Shown here one piece after another: positions 1 to 9,643 of a DNA stretch of 61,109 nucleotides. Under the pieces are notes generated by a model, which did no database searches, was not told the origin of the DNA, and saw nothing but the letters and a program-made list of their open reading frames with translations. Source of the DNA: Candidatus Eiseniibacteriota bacterium (GTDB lineage Bacteria > Arandabacterota > Arandabacteria > Arandabacterales > Arandabacteraceae). The DNA lies in NCBI GenBank assembly GCA_043810925.1, contig JBDRNT010000045.1:1-61109 (forward strand), given 5' to 3'. Positions within the stretch are counted from its first letter, which is position 1, and each line of letters starts with the position of its first letter. The position numbers were made by a program, and so were the translations under genes.

Positions 1-129
1 TGCAGTGAGGCACTGACACCAAAACCTGCGAAGTCCCGGCAATGGCTGGACGCTGATCACTCAGTTATAAGGGGTGAGATCACCCCACCCCGAGGGCGGC
101 GTATGCCCTATTGACAGGTGCCTCTTAAT

Positions 130-160
130 GGGTGACCCCACGGGGTTGTGACCCCACGGG
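130..160 (-). repeat. Tandem CCGTGGGGTCA copies (GGGGTCA dispersed repeat family)
   Basis: gtgaccccacggg occurs twice immediately after the stop codon at 161; same core as 12101-12141, 13083-13108, 24311-24447 and 61086-61109. Confidence 0.6.
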
Positions 161-1900
161 TTACTCGAGACGCAAGACGGCCATGCGGTCGGAGTCGAAA
201 CGTACGGGCGGCTGAAAGGCTGAGGCCGCATCGAGCCTGCGGTGCCATCTCATGAAGTTAAACCCCCACCTGGGATCATCATCGCTCTTAACACCGAGGG
301 CGGCCAGAGGGATGGCAAGTTCGACGATCCAGCGATCCTCGAGGACCTGTGTTGCGACTTCAAGCGGCGCATCCCACTCGGGATGGAGCACCCATGTTCC
401 AAACGGGCAAATCTCTATCATCTGATCGAAGATCGTCCCGATCGGATTCACATAGACCTGGTAGAAGACCTGCGACCCTCTCACAGGTTCAAGCAGTATG
501 CTGAAATTGTCATCGTCCCTTATGAAACCGTCACGGTCCTCGACGCCGGCCGAGATCTCCGCCATCACGTTATCCATACATTCGATTCCGACATAGAGAT
601 TATCCCGGTCATAACACATCTTGAGGAAAGTCGAATCCCCGGACGAAGGCTCTCCTCTCCACCCGAAGAACTCGCTAACAGCTCCGGAGCTCCCCCAGAT
701 CGCTTCGTTGAGAAGACCATCCAGCTGCGGTGACTCCTCTGTGTGATGGGCCGAAGCCACCCTTCTAAGCAGAAGCGGCTCCTCGACCGGGATAGTGCTG
801 TCATCATCATGCGGCACGTTGAGCCTGAGTACCGGCACGGGGAAGACCTGTCCATCATTCGTAGCAAACGCAGTCAGCATCCCCACCTCACCGGGTGGCA
901 CTTCCACGTAGTCCTGTGCGGGCTCCACGCTCCACCCACCGCGGGAAACCCAGGTCGCCGTGTCTCTCAAGGTCACGTGAGAACGATTCTCTATGGATAC
1001 AGTCACCTTGTTTATCCCCAGAGCATTCAGCTGGTCCACTTCGATTTCACTCATACTCACGGAACCCTGCTCAATCCCGACAAGTGCCATGACGTCGTCA
1101 ACGGTCACTACTTCGACCGGTTCCATGAAGTCGGGTTCCACCACCCCGACCGTCAGGCTATCCCCAACGATCCTGGCAAGAAGATATGCATAGAACGAAC
1201 CCATCTGCCTCCCGCCACGCGGCAGCGAGCCCCCGGAGCTCGATACGCTGAAATACCTGATGCCGTCACGCTCGGTATAGAAATGGCGGTGGTAATGCCC
1301 TGTAAAGACGGCACTTACGCCGTAGCGTTTGAAGAGTTCATGAAAGAAGTTGGGTCTACCCGAGGTGAAGTCCTCACACCAGAAAGGCTTGTGATAGAAT
1401 ACGAAGACGTTATCGAAGTCGGATCCAGTCTTGAGCACACCCTCAAGCCACTTGAGTCTTTCAGCCGGCAGCCCCTGGGCGGTGTATTGGGTCGATACGT
1501 CAATAATGACAAAAAGACTACCCTTATAGTTGAATGCCTTGTCCCGGCTTCCGAATCTCCTCTCGTAGATCGCCCTGCTCTGGTCATCCCATATGTCATG
1601 GTTACCGGGTGTGAGGTGGTACTTGACTCCCGTTGCATTCAGAAGTTCCAAAACATAGTCCCACTCGGTCTCGATCTCCACTGAATCAGTCTCATAACCC
1701 TCGATGTGATCGCCCACTGTGATCATGAAGTCGGGACTCAGGAATGCGACCTCGTCAAGCACCTGCTCGTAAACACCGGGAACGGCTCCACCGGTACGAT
1801 CTCCCAGCACCACGAAGGTGAAACTCGAGGCGGCCTGGACCGTCGTATTCACCACCATGATCAACCCGATAAGAATCAGTGTTTTCCATTGATTTTTCAT
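161..1900 (-). CDS. Secreted calcineurin-like metallophosphoesterase with C-terminal CBM9/DOMON-like sugar-binding domain
   Basis: Motifs GD, VGDH, PGNHD, HKP and GHYH; N-terminal signal peptide; C-terminal LDGLLNE..W, YDRDNLYVG and WIVELAIP. Start moved to ATG 1900, which has a GGAGG RBS. Confidence 0.8.
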   Translation of the reverse strand: MKNQWKTLILIGLIMVVNTTVQAASSFTFVVLGDRTGGAVPGVYEQVLDEVAFLSPDFMITVGDHIEGYETDSVEIETEWDYVLELLNATGVKYHLTPGNHDIWDDQSRAIYERRFGSRDKAFNYKGSLFVIIDVSTQYTAQGLPAERLKWLEGVLKTGSDFDNVFVFYHKPFWCEDFTSGRPNFFHELFKRYGVSAVFTGHYHRHFYTERDGIRYFSVSSSGGSLPRGGRQMGSFYAYLLARIVGDSLTVGVVEPDFMEPVEVVTVDDVMALVGIEQGSVSMSEIEVDQLNALGINKVTVSIENRSHVTLRDTATWVSRGGWSVEPAQDYVEVPPGEVGMLTAFATNDGQVFPVPVLRLNVPHDDDSTIPVEEPLLLRRVASAHHTEESPQLDGLLNEAIWGSSGAVSEFFGWRGEPSSGDSTFLKMCYDRDNLYVGIECMDNVMAEISAGVEDRDGFIRDDDNFSILLEPVRGSQVFYQVYVNPIGTIFDQMIEICPFGTWVLHPEWDAPLEVATQVLEDRWIVELAIPLAALGVKSDDDPRWGFNFMRWHRRLDAASAFQPPVRFDSDRMAVLRLE

Positions 1901-2047
1901 GATTTCCTCCCGCCTCGCCCCGCCAAACCGGGGCATATTTAGTCCTTGCGCCCGTTTATGCTGTATGCTAATGTTCATGGGATTGAATTTCCACAGGATT
2001 CTCGATAGCGTACTGAATAACTCAGGCCGGAAACGGGGGGCACTGGC

Positions 2048-2380
2048 GTGAAATTCTGGAGAAAACCGCTCGATTCAGACACCATTAAACCTCCTCGCGG
2101 CAAGATCCATGTCATCAAGGAACTCTGCAAGGGTTGCTCGTTCTGCGTGGAATATTGTCCGAAGGATGTCCTCGAACTCTCGGAAGAGTTCAACAAGAAG
2201 GGCTACCATCCTCCCGTCGCAGCAAAAGAGGAAGATTGCGTGGCCTGTGGCCTGTGCGAACTCATATGTCCCGAGTTTGCAATATTCGCCGAGATTGTGG
2301 AAGAGGACGGCGACAAGAAACCCCTCGATAAGTCCGCTGAAAAGCCCCAAGAGAAAACCACTGAAAAATCGGAGGTTTAG
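2048..2380 (+). CDS. korD: 2-oxoacid:ferredoxin oxidoreductase delta subunit (2x[4Fe-4S] ferredoxin)
   Basis: CKGCSFCVEYCP and CVACGLCELICP; first gene of the operon. Confidence 0.88.
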   Translation: MKFWRKPLDSDTIKPPRGKIHVIKELCKGCSFCVEYCPKDVLELSEEFNKKGYHPPVAAKEEDCVACGLCELICPEFAIFAEIVEEDGDKKPLDKSAEKPQEKTTEKSEV

Positions 2381-2383
2381 GAA

Positions 2384-3538
2384 TTGCCGGAAGATAGACG
2401 TGTGCTTACGGGCGAACATTTCATGACTGGAGATCATGCCGCCGCCGAAGGTGGCATGGCAGCCGGTTGCATGTTTTTTGCCGGCTATCCGATCACACCC
2501 TCGACCGAGATCGCGGAAAGAATGTCGGCAAGGCTGCCGCAGGTCGGCGGCATCTACATTCAGATGGAGGACGAACTCGCATCGATGAATGCCATTCTCG
2601 GTGCTGCATGGGGCGGCTGGAAATCGATGACATGCACCTCGGGTCCGGGCTTCAGCCTTATGATGGAAAACCTCGGCCTGGGTATCGTGCTTGAGACCCC
2701 TACCGTTCTTGTGAACATCCAGCGTGGCGGTCCCTCGACCGGGCTTCCCACACTCGTCGGCCAGGCCGACATGATGCAGGCAAAGTGGGGCTCTCACGGT
2801 GATTATGAGATAATCGCACTGTGTCCCAACTCGCCGCAGGAGGTTTTCGATCTTACGGTCAAGGCGTTCAATCTTGCAGAGCAGTATCGCATGCCGGTAC
2901 TGGTGATGGGCGATGAGAGCGTCGGTCATATGAGCGAGAAGGTCGTTATCCCTCCGGCGGACAAGCTCAATATCTACCCGAGAAGATACACAAAGAAGAA
3001 ACCGGGCCAATACAAGCCTTATGAATGGGGTAAGGACAATGTCCCCGACATGGTCAAAGCCGGAGACGGTTACAGGTTCCATGTGACGGGGCTTACGCAC
3101 GATGAGAGAGGCTATCCCATCATCGATGCCAAGACCCAGGAGTGGATGGTCAGACATCTGATCGATAAGATCCAGAAGAACAAGGACAAGATCATTGAGG
3201 TTGAGGAGCTCAATATGGATGATGCCGATGTCGTGATAGTCTCCTATGGCATTTCATCCCGAGTCTCATACCGTGCGATGGATCTCGCTCGAGCCGAAGG
3301 TCTCAAGGTCGGGATGCTTAGACTGATCACGGCGTGGCCTTTCTGTGAGGAGAAAATAAAGGAACTTGCCGGGCGAGTGAAGGCATTGGTCACCGTGGAG
3401 ATAAACTACGGCCAGATGTCGCTTGAGGTCGAAAGATGTGCAGCAGGGAAGGCCGCCACGTATCTCGTGCCCCATGGCGGAGGCGATATCCACGACCCTG
3501 CCGATATACTCGAGGTACTTAAGGAGGCAGCCAAATGA
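2384..3538 (+). CDS. korA: 2-oxoacid:ferredoxin oxidoreductase alpha subunit
   Basis: FAGYPITPSTE, QMEDE, TSGPGFSLM, QRGGPSTGLPT; TTG start. Confidence 0.93.
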   Translation: MPEDRRVLTGEHFMTGDHAAAEGGMAAGCMFFAGYPITPSTEIAERMSARLPQVGGIYIQMEDELASMNAILGAAWGGWKSMTCTSGPGFSLMMENLGLGIVLETPTVLVNIQRGGPSTGLPTLVGQADMMQAKWGSHGDYEIIALCPNSPQEVFDLTVKAFNLAEQYRMPVLVMGDESVGHMSEKVVIPPADKLNIYPRRYTKKKPGQYKPYEWGKDNVPDMVKAGDGYRFHVTGLTHDERGYPIIDAKTQEWMVRHLIDKIQKNKDKIIEVEELNMDDADVVIVSYGISSRVSYRAMDLARAEGLKVGMLRLITAWPFCEEKIKELAGRVKALVTVEINYGQMSLEVERCAAGKAATYLVPHGGGDIHDPADILEVLKEAAK

Positions 3539-4404
3539 AGAAGCCTGCGAAAGGAACACCGACTGCTGTTGAATCACTTCAGAGCCATCCGATGGCGGAC
3601 CTGCTTCGCATGGACAGGATGCCGCACATCTGGTGCTCAAGCTGCGGGCTTGGCTCAACGCTTACCTGCTTCATAATGGCTGTCAGGGAATCGGGGGTGG
3701 CTGAGGAGAACGTTGCCGTGGTCTCGGGTATTGGTTGCACCGGCCGTGTCGCCGGTTACCTGAACCTGGACTCATTCCATACCACGCATGGCAGGGCCAT
3801 CCCGTTTGCGACGGGTCTTGCGCTGTCGAATCCAGACCTCCGGGTTGTTGTCTATTCGGGTGACGGGGATCTCGTCGCAATCGGCGGTAACCATTTCATA
3901 CACTCTGCACGCCGGAACATGGACTTGCTTGTGGTCTGCGTCAACAACTTCACTTACGGGATGACCGGTGGCCAGGCGGGCCCGACGACACCAATCGCCG
4001 CGAAGGCCGCTACCGCGCCTTACGGTAGTTACGAGTTCCCCTTCAACCTCCCGGCACTTGCAGCCGCAAGCGGGGCGACCTATGTCGCTCGCTGGACGGC
4101 ACTTCACTTAAGAAGGCTTAAGAACGCAATGGCGGAGGCCCTTGTGAAGCGAGGGTTCAGGTTCATCGAAATCATATGCCCATGCCCGACTGCTTTCGCG
4201 CACAAGAACAGGCTGGGCTCCGGGCTTGATCTTATGAAGTACTACCATGACAGTAGCGTTATCCAGCACGGTGCAGATCCACGGGATGTCGACATCCCGC
4301 TGCAGGGCAGGATAATCGTCGGAAAGTTCGTGGATATTGAGAAACCCACCTACAGGGAATTCCTCACGGACAACCTCTCGAAGATCGTAGGAGGCAAGAA
4401 ATGA
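3535..4404 (+). CDS. korB: 2-oxoacid:ferredoxin oxidoreductase beta subunit (TPP-binding)
   Basis: WCSSCG, SGIGC, HGRAIP, GDGD...NN TPP motif, YGMTGGQ. Confidence 0.93.
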   Translation: MKKPAKGTPTAVESLQSHPMADLLRMDRMPHIWCSSCGLGSTLTCFIMAVRESGVAEENVAVVSGIGCTGRVAGYLNLDSFHTTHGRAIPFATGLALSNPDLRVVVYSGDGDLVAIGGNHFIHSARRNMDLLVVCVNNFTYGMTGGQAGPTTPIAAKAATAPYGSYEFPFNLPALAAASGATYVARWTALHLRRLKNAMAEALVKRGFRFIEIICPCPTAFAHKNRLGSGLDLMKYYHDSSVIQHGADPRDVDIPLQGRIIVGKFVDIEKPTYREFLTDNLSKIVGGKK

Positions 4405-4988
4405 AAAAAGGCGCTGCCCCTTTACGAGACGAAGTGCGGTTCACGGGTTTTGGCGGCCAGGGAATGGTTGTGATGGGTTACATCCTGGGAAGGGCCGCAG
4501 CCGTTTATGATGGCAAGAGCGCTACCATGACCCAGTCCTACGGTCCTGAGGCAAGGGGCGGGGCATCAAGCACGCAGGTGGTCATTGCCGACGATAAGAT
4601 CCACTATCCATATGTGATTGAGCCCAATGTGCTCGTCGGGATGTCCCAGGAAGGCTACGACAAGCATAGAACCCACCTTAGAGACGATGGATTCCTTCTT
4701 TACGATGAGGATCTCGTCACGCTTTCGCCGGATGAGAAGGCCAAGAAGATATTCAAGATCCCTGCCACACGGCTCGCCGAGGAATTGGGCAGGAAGATTG
4801 TCGCCAACATCGTGATGCTCGGCTTCTTCTCCGCGCTCACGGGTATGGTCAACGATGAAGCGATCCGTAAGGCAATAGCCGACGCGGTACCCAAGGGAAC
4901 GACCGAGCTCAACATAAGCGCATATGAAAAGGGCAGAAGTCACGCACTCAGTCTCATGGAAGGAACAGGATCCAAGACCAAGAAGTGA
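4401..4988 (+). CDS. korC: 2-oxoacid:ferredoxin oxidoreductase gamma subunit
   Basis: GFGGQG, SYGPEARGGAS, NIVMLG. Confidence 0.93.
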   Translation: MKKGAAPLRDEVRFTGFGGQGMVVMGYILGRAAAVYDGKSATMTQSYGPEARGGASSTQVVIADDKIHYPYVIEPNVLVGMSQEGYDKHRTHLRDDGFLLYDEDLVTLSPDEKAKKIFKIPATRLAEELGRKIVANIVMLGFFSALTGMVNDEAIRKAIADAVPKGTTELNISAYEKGRSHALSLMEGTGSKTKK

Positions 4989-5005
4989 TCTTTGGAGGGA
5001 AACGG

Positions 5006-8000
5006 ATGGTGGCTAAGGAAGAAAGACAAAACAACCCGGTGGCGGACTGCCCGGCACCCGGAACCGGAAAGGGCATACTCGTAATCGGTGGTGGTGTCGC
5101 CGGCATCCGGGCGGCACTCGACCTTACGCGTGCAGGTGCACAGGTCTATCTCGTGGAGAAGACCCCGTCGGTAGGCGGCAGGATGGCACAGCTCGACAAA
5201 ACACTGCCCACAAACGACTGCTCGATATGCATCCTCTCCCCCCTTCTGGTCGAAGCCTTGAGAAACCCCAACATCAGGCTCATGACCTACAGTGAGGTTG
5301 TCGGTCTCGAGGGCACACCCGGATCCTACCGTGCCAAGGTCTTGAGGAAAGCCAGATACGTTTCAGAAGATACGTGCGTGGGCTGCGGGGTTTGTTCGAA
5401 GCCGTGCCCGGTCTCAGTACCCAACGAGTTCGAGATGGGTCTGGGTGACAGAAAGGCGATTTACGTCCCGTTCCAGCAGGCGGCCCCGCTGGTTTACACT
5501 GTTGACACCGAGAGCTGTCTCAACTTCAAGAACGGCAAGTTCGAGCAGGTTTGTGATAAGTGTGTGTCCAAGTGCCCGCGTGGTGCGATAAGTTTTGACA
5601 TCAAGGAAGAGATCGTCGAGATCAATGTCGCTGCGGTGCTTGTGGCGACAGGTTTTGATGAGATGAATCCACGCCCATTGAGGAACTTAAGCTACGGCGA
5701 CATACCGGACGTCCTCACGGGGATGGAGTTTGAGAGGATGCTCAACGCCTCAGGCCCTACGACCGGCCACGTGCTCAAGCGTTCGGACGGTGAAATCCCT
5801 GATTCGATCGCTTTTGTACAGTGTGTCGGCTCAAGAGACGAGCGATACAACTCGTTCTGCTCAAGAGTGTGTTGTGTCTACTCCGTCAAGCAGTGCATTG
5901 TCGCCAAGGATCACGAACCCAGGGTCAAGAACTTCCACTACTTCTACCGTGACATGCGAGCATATGGCAGAGGTTTTGAGGAGTTCTACTTGAGGGGCAA
6001 GAACGAGACAGGCATAAACTACATAAGGTCCTCCCCATCGAGCATACAGAAGAGCGGAAGCGGACGGATCGCCGTACACTACGAGGACCCTCTAACCGCC
6101 CGGCCAGCATCCATCGATGTCGACATGGTTATCCTGTCGTGTGCGATGATACCGAGCGCGGGAACCGAGGATCTGGCCAAGGCCCTCGGAATCGAGGTTG
6201 GTGCAGACGGCTATTTCAAGATCGCGGATCCGCTCAGCGATCCCCTGACCTCAACGAGAGAAGGCGTGCTCGTGTGCGGTTGCGCTTCCGGGCCGAAGGA
6301 CATCCCGGACTCCGTGGCCCAGGCATCGGCTGCATGTGCCAAGGCGCTGGCATACCTTGGAGACAACAAGGTTGTTGTCGAGGAGGCGCCGCTTCCCGAA
6401 CATGATCCGGATGAGGAACCGCGGATCGGTGTTTTCATCTGCCACTGCGGGCTCAATATCGCCGGCGTTGTCGACAGCAAAGGCGTGGCGAAGTATGCGA
6501 AGACGCTGCCCGGGGTCGCTTACGCGACCGACAACCTTTATACATGTTCGGACGATACTCAGAAAAAGATTTATGACCTCATAAAGAAAAAGAACTTGAA
6601 CAGGGTCGTCGTGGCTGCCTGCACGCCGAGGACGCACGAGCCGATATTCCGCCAGACATGCGCCGAGGCCGGCGTCAATCCCTACCTCTTCGAGATGGCG
6701 AACATAAGGGATCAATGCTCGTGGGTTCACGCCGATGTGCCTGAGGACGCTACGGAAAAGGCAAAGGACCTCGTCAGAATGGCGGTATCGAGAGCCAAGC
6801 TTCTTAGAGCGCTTCCTCGAAAGACGGTCGAGGTCGAAAAGTCCGCGCTTGTGATAGGCGGCGGAATATCGGGCATCCAGTGCGCCATCGATACGGCCCG
6901 GCAGGGTATCAAGACCTATCTCGTTGAGAAGGAGGCGTCGCTCGGTGGTCAGCTCAACAGTCTCGATCACCTCTTCCCCTCCAACCAGAGTGCAAGCGAA
7001 TTGCTTGATGCCAAGCTTGACGATCTTAAAAAAGCCGGTGTCGAGGTGATGACCTCCGCCGAGATTGAGGCGGTAGACGGCTTTGTCGGAAACTTCGAGG
7101 TCAAGGTCGGCGGGCGGGATCTCAAGATCGGCGCCCTTGTGCTGGCCACCGGCGGACAGATACTCGATCCGGAAGGCAGGCTGGGTTACGGCAAGTTTAA
7201 GAACGTGATCACATCGAATGATTTCGAGAAGGTGCTTAAGGAAACTGAGACCTTTGACGGAGATAAGCAGATCGTATTCATCCAGTGCGTCGGCTCAAGG
7301 CAGACAGAGGGTTATACGGGCTGCTCGCGTTATTGCTGTCACGTAAGTCTCAAGCAGGCCGGTGCGGCAATAAGGAAAGGTGCGAAGGCCGCAATCATCC
7401 ATAGAGATGTTCGAGCCTTCACCCGCAGTGGAGAGGCCCTCTACCGGGACGCCAGGCGTGACGGGGTGCACTTCTTAAGAAGACCCGATGACCGCGAGGT
7501 CGAAGTCCAGGGTAACGGAACGGCAGAGAGCGTGTCCGTGTACGACCAGACACTCCTTTCGGATGTCAAACTCGATTGCGATCTTATCGTTCTGGCTGTA
7601 CCGCTCGTGGCATCAGAGACTGCGGCTCCGCTCGCGGAGATGCTTCGCATCCCGATGGGGCCGGATGGGTTCTATCTTGAAAAACACGTCAAACTCGGCC
7701 CCCTTGAGACCAACACCGAGGGCATATTCCTCTGCGGATGCTCGCAGTATCCGAAGGACATTCCAGACTCGCTTGCCCAGGCCTCCGGCGTGGCAGCAAA
7801 GGTCGGGGCGCTCCTTTCGAAGGGCTTTGTCAATCTCGATCCCACGACTGCGACCGTTCGAAGAGAGCTCTGCAGGGCTTGCGGGACCTGCGTTGATATC
7901 TGTGAATATAACGCCCCCAATATGGTGGAAAAGGACGGAGAAACCTACGTTGAGATAAATGAGGCACTTTGTAAAGGGTGCGGGACCTGTGCTTCACATT

Positions 8001-8086
8001 GTCCGACAGGTGCAATTGTCGCAAGGCATTTCACCGACGGACAGGTTGAAGCAATGATCGACATCTTATTTTCGGAGCAGACCTAA
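5006..8086 (+). CDS. hdrA: Large HdrA-like FAD/Fe-S protein with two FAD-binding modules
   Basis: GGGVAG and GGGISG FAD motifs; DKTLPTNDCSIC; QCVGSR..CSRVCC; internal RIGVFICHCG domain; ferredoxin motifs. Start at ATG 5006 (GGAGG RBS). Confidence 0.9.
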   Translation: MVAKEERQNNPVADCPAPGTGKGILVIGGGVAGIRAALDLTRAGAQVYLVEKTPSVGGRMAQLDKTLPTNDCSICILSPLLVEALRNPNIRLMTYSEVVGLEGTPGSYRAKVLRKARYVSEDTCVGCGVCSKPCPVSVPNEFEMGLGDRKAIYVPFQQAAPLVYTVDTESCLNFKNGKFEQVCDKCVSKCPRGAISFDIKEEIVEINVAAVLVATGFDEMNPRPLRNLSYGDIPDVLTGMEFERMLNASGPTTGHVLKRSDGEIPDSIAFVQCVGSRDERYNSFCSRVCCVYSVKQCIVAKDHEPRVKNFHYFYRDMRAYGRGFEEFYLRGKNETGINYIRSSPSSIQKSGSGRIAVHYEDPLTARPASIDVDMVILSCAMIPSAGTEDLAKALGIEVGADGYFKIADPLSDPLTSTREGVLVCGCASGPKDIPDSVAQASAACAKALAYLGDNKVVVEEAPLPEHDPDEEPRIGVFICHCGLNIAGVVDSKGVAKYAKTLPGVAYATDNLYTCSDDTQKKIYDLIKKKNLNRVVVAACTPRTHEPIFRQTCAEAGVNPYLFEMANIRDQCSWVHADVPEDATEKAKDLVRMAVSRAKLLRALPRKTVEVEKSALVIGGGISGIQCAIDTARQGIKTYLVEKEASLGGQLNSLDHLFPSNQSASELLDAKLDDLKKAGVEVMTSAEIEAVDGFVGNFEVKVGGRDLKIGALVLATGGQILDPEGRLGYGKFKNVITSNDFEKVLKETETFDGDKQIVFIQCVGSRQTEGYTGCSRYCCHVSLKQAGAAIRKGAKAAIIHRDVRAFTRSGEALYRDARRDGVHFLRRPDDREVEVQGNGTAESVSVYDQTLLSDVKLDCDLIVLAVPLVASETAAPLAEMLRIPMGPDGFYLEKHVKLGPLETNTEGIFLCGCSQYPKDIPDSLAQASGVAAKVGALLSKGFVNLDPTTATVRRELCRACGTCVDICEYNAPNMVEKDGETYVEINEALCKGCGTCASHCPTGAIVARHFTDGQVEAMIDILFSEQT

Positions 8087-8502
8087 TGGCAGATTTCGAA
8101 CCAAGAATCGTTGCATTCGCCTGTAACTGGTGCAGCTATGCCGGCGCCGATCTGGCCGGTGTCTCGAGGCTTCAGTATCCCCCGAACATCAGGACGATCA
8201 GGGTGATGTGCTCGGGCAGAGTAACCCCCGGCTGGATCCTGAGGGCATTCGAGCATGGGGCGGACGGTGTCTACGTCTCCGGCTGCCACATAGGCGATTG
8301 CCATTATGCCTTTGGAAACAGGATGGCAGAGAAACAAGTAGCCATGGCTAAGAAGTTGGTTGAACAACTCGGTCTTGAGCCTGACAGACTTCATCTGGAG
8401 TGGGTATCCGCCTCGGAAGGTCAGAAGTTTGCAGACTCAGTAACCGGCTTCGTAGAAAGGATCAAGAGCCTTGGAGAAAGCCCAATCCGAAGAAAAGATT
8501 AA
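8086..8502 (+). CDS. mvhD: MvhD/FlpD [2Fe-2S] subunit
   Basis: [35 protein letters not shown]. Confidence 0.93.
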   Translation: MADFEPRIVAFACNWCSYAGADLAGVSRLQYPPNIRTIRVMCSGRVTPGWILRAFEHGADGVYVSGCHIGDCHYAFGNRMAEKQVAMAKKLVEQLGLEPDRLHLEWVSASEGQKFADSVTGFVERIKSLGESPIRRKD

Positions 8503-9643
8503 GAAGCTGATCCAGGAGACAGGGGCGTACCTCTGTATGGATTGCAGCAAGTGTACGGGTAGCTGCCCCATCGGGAGGGTCGGCGCCACCTACTCCCCGC
8601 GATCGGTGGTGCAACACATAGTACTCAACGGGGGCGGACTCACCGAGGACCACATCTGGCGTTGTCTCACCTGCGGGCTCTGCCATGAGCGCTGCCCCGC
8701 GGATGTCAAGTACCCTGAGTTTATCAGCCGTCTAAGGGAAGATGCGATCGCAAGAGGCGTTGAGCCCCAGGGCACGCACCAGGGTACGATCAAAGAACTG
8801 ATGAGAATACTCGCTAAAGATAATCTCAAGCAGAGCAAGATGGACTGGCTTCCCGATTGGGTTGAACTCATCGACGGCGGGAAGTCCAAGGAATCCAGCG
8901 GTGATATATACTTCGTAGGGTGTGCGCCCTACTTCGATACTATATTCGCTGATTTCAAACTCGATCTTGTCGGTACGCACACGGCCGGTCTTGAGCTCTT
9001 GAAGTCATGCGGCGTCACACCCGCTGTGCTTGCGAACGAGCGTTGCTGCGGGCATGATGCGCTGTGGTCGGGAGACAAAGATCTTTTCCTTAAGCTTGCC
9101 GGGGCCAACCTGGAAATCTTCAAGGATGCCGGGGCCAAACGGGTGTTTGTGTCGTGCCCTGAGGGTTACCACACCTTCACAACAGCGTATCCTGAGCACC
9201 TCGGCGACACAGGGATTGAATTCGTAAACACGATCCAGTTCCTTGCCGGCGAGATGAAGCCGGGTATCCAGGGGAATGGCACATCCAGTGTCACGTATCA
9301 TGACTCGTGCAGGATGGGACGGTTCTCAGGTATCTATGACGAGCCGCGGGCACTGCTGGGTCTCGTCGAGGGGGTCGAACTTAAGGAGATGGAGTTCACG
9401 CGAGATAGCGCCCCGTGTTGCGGGAGCAATCTCTGGATAAATTGTGACCAGATTTCAAGGAAGATGCAGGTCGACATGCTTAATGAAGCCGGTAAGACAG
9501 GTGCCGACATCGTGCTCACATCCTGTGACAAGTGTCGAATCCACCTTGCCTGCGCCCAGATGGAGATGGGAAATGTCAAAGCAAAGATCGAGATGGATAA
9601 TGTTTTGAAATTCCTATATAGAAAGGCGGTGAGGAAGCCTTGA
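8471..9643 (+). CDS. HdrD-like Fe-S oxidoreductase (ferredoxin plus two CCG domains)
   Basis: [42 protein letters not shown]. Confidence 0.88.
   Translation: MEKAQSEEKIKKLIQETGAYLCMDCSKCTGSCPIGRVGATYSPRSVVQHIVLNGGGLTEDHIWRCLTCGLCHERCPADVKYPEFISRLREDAIARGVEPQGTHQGTIKELMRILAKDNLKQSKMDWLPDWVELIDGGKSKESSGDIYFVGCAPYFDTIFADFKLDLVGTHTAGLELLKSCGVTPAVLANERCCGHDALWSGDKDLFLKLAGANLEIFKDAGAKRVFVSCPEGYHTFTTAYPEHLGDTGIEFVNTIQFLAGEMKPGIQGNGTSSVTYHDSCRMGRFSGIYDEPRALLGLVEGVELKEMEFTRDSAPCCGSNLWINCDQISRKMQVDMLNEAGKTGADIVLTSCDKCRIHLACAQMEMGNVKAKIEMDNVLKFLYRKAVRKP

Noticed and set aside
8086-8502. Further Sec sites in MvhD (also checked: peroxiredoxin and ArsS)
   Set aside because: All have ordinary Cys codons at the relevant positions.
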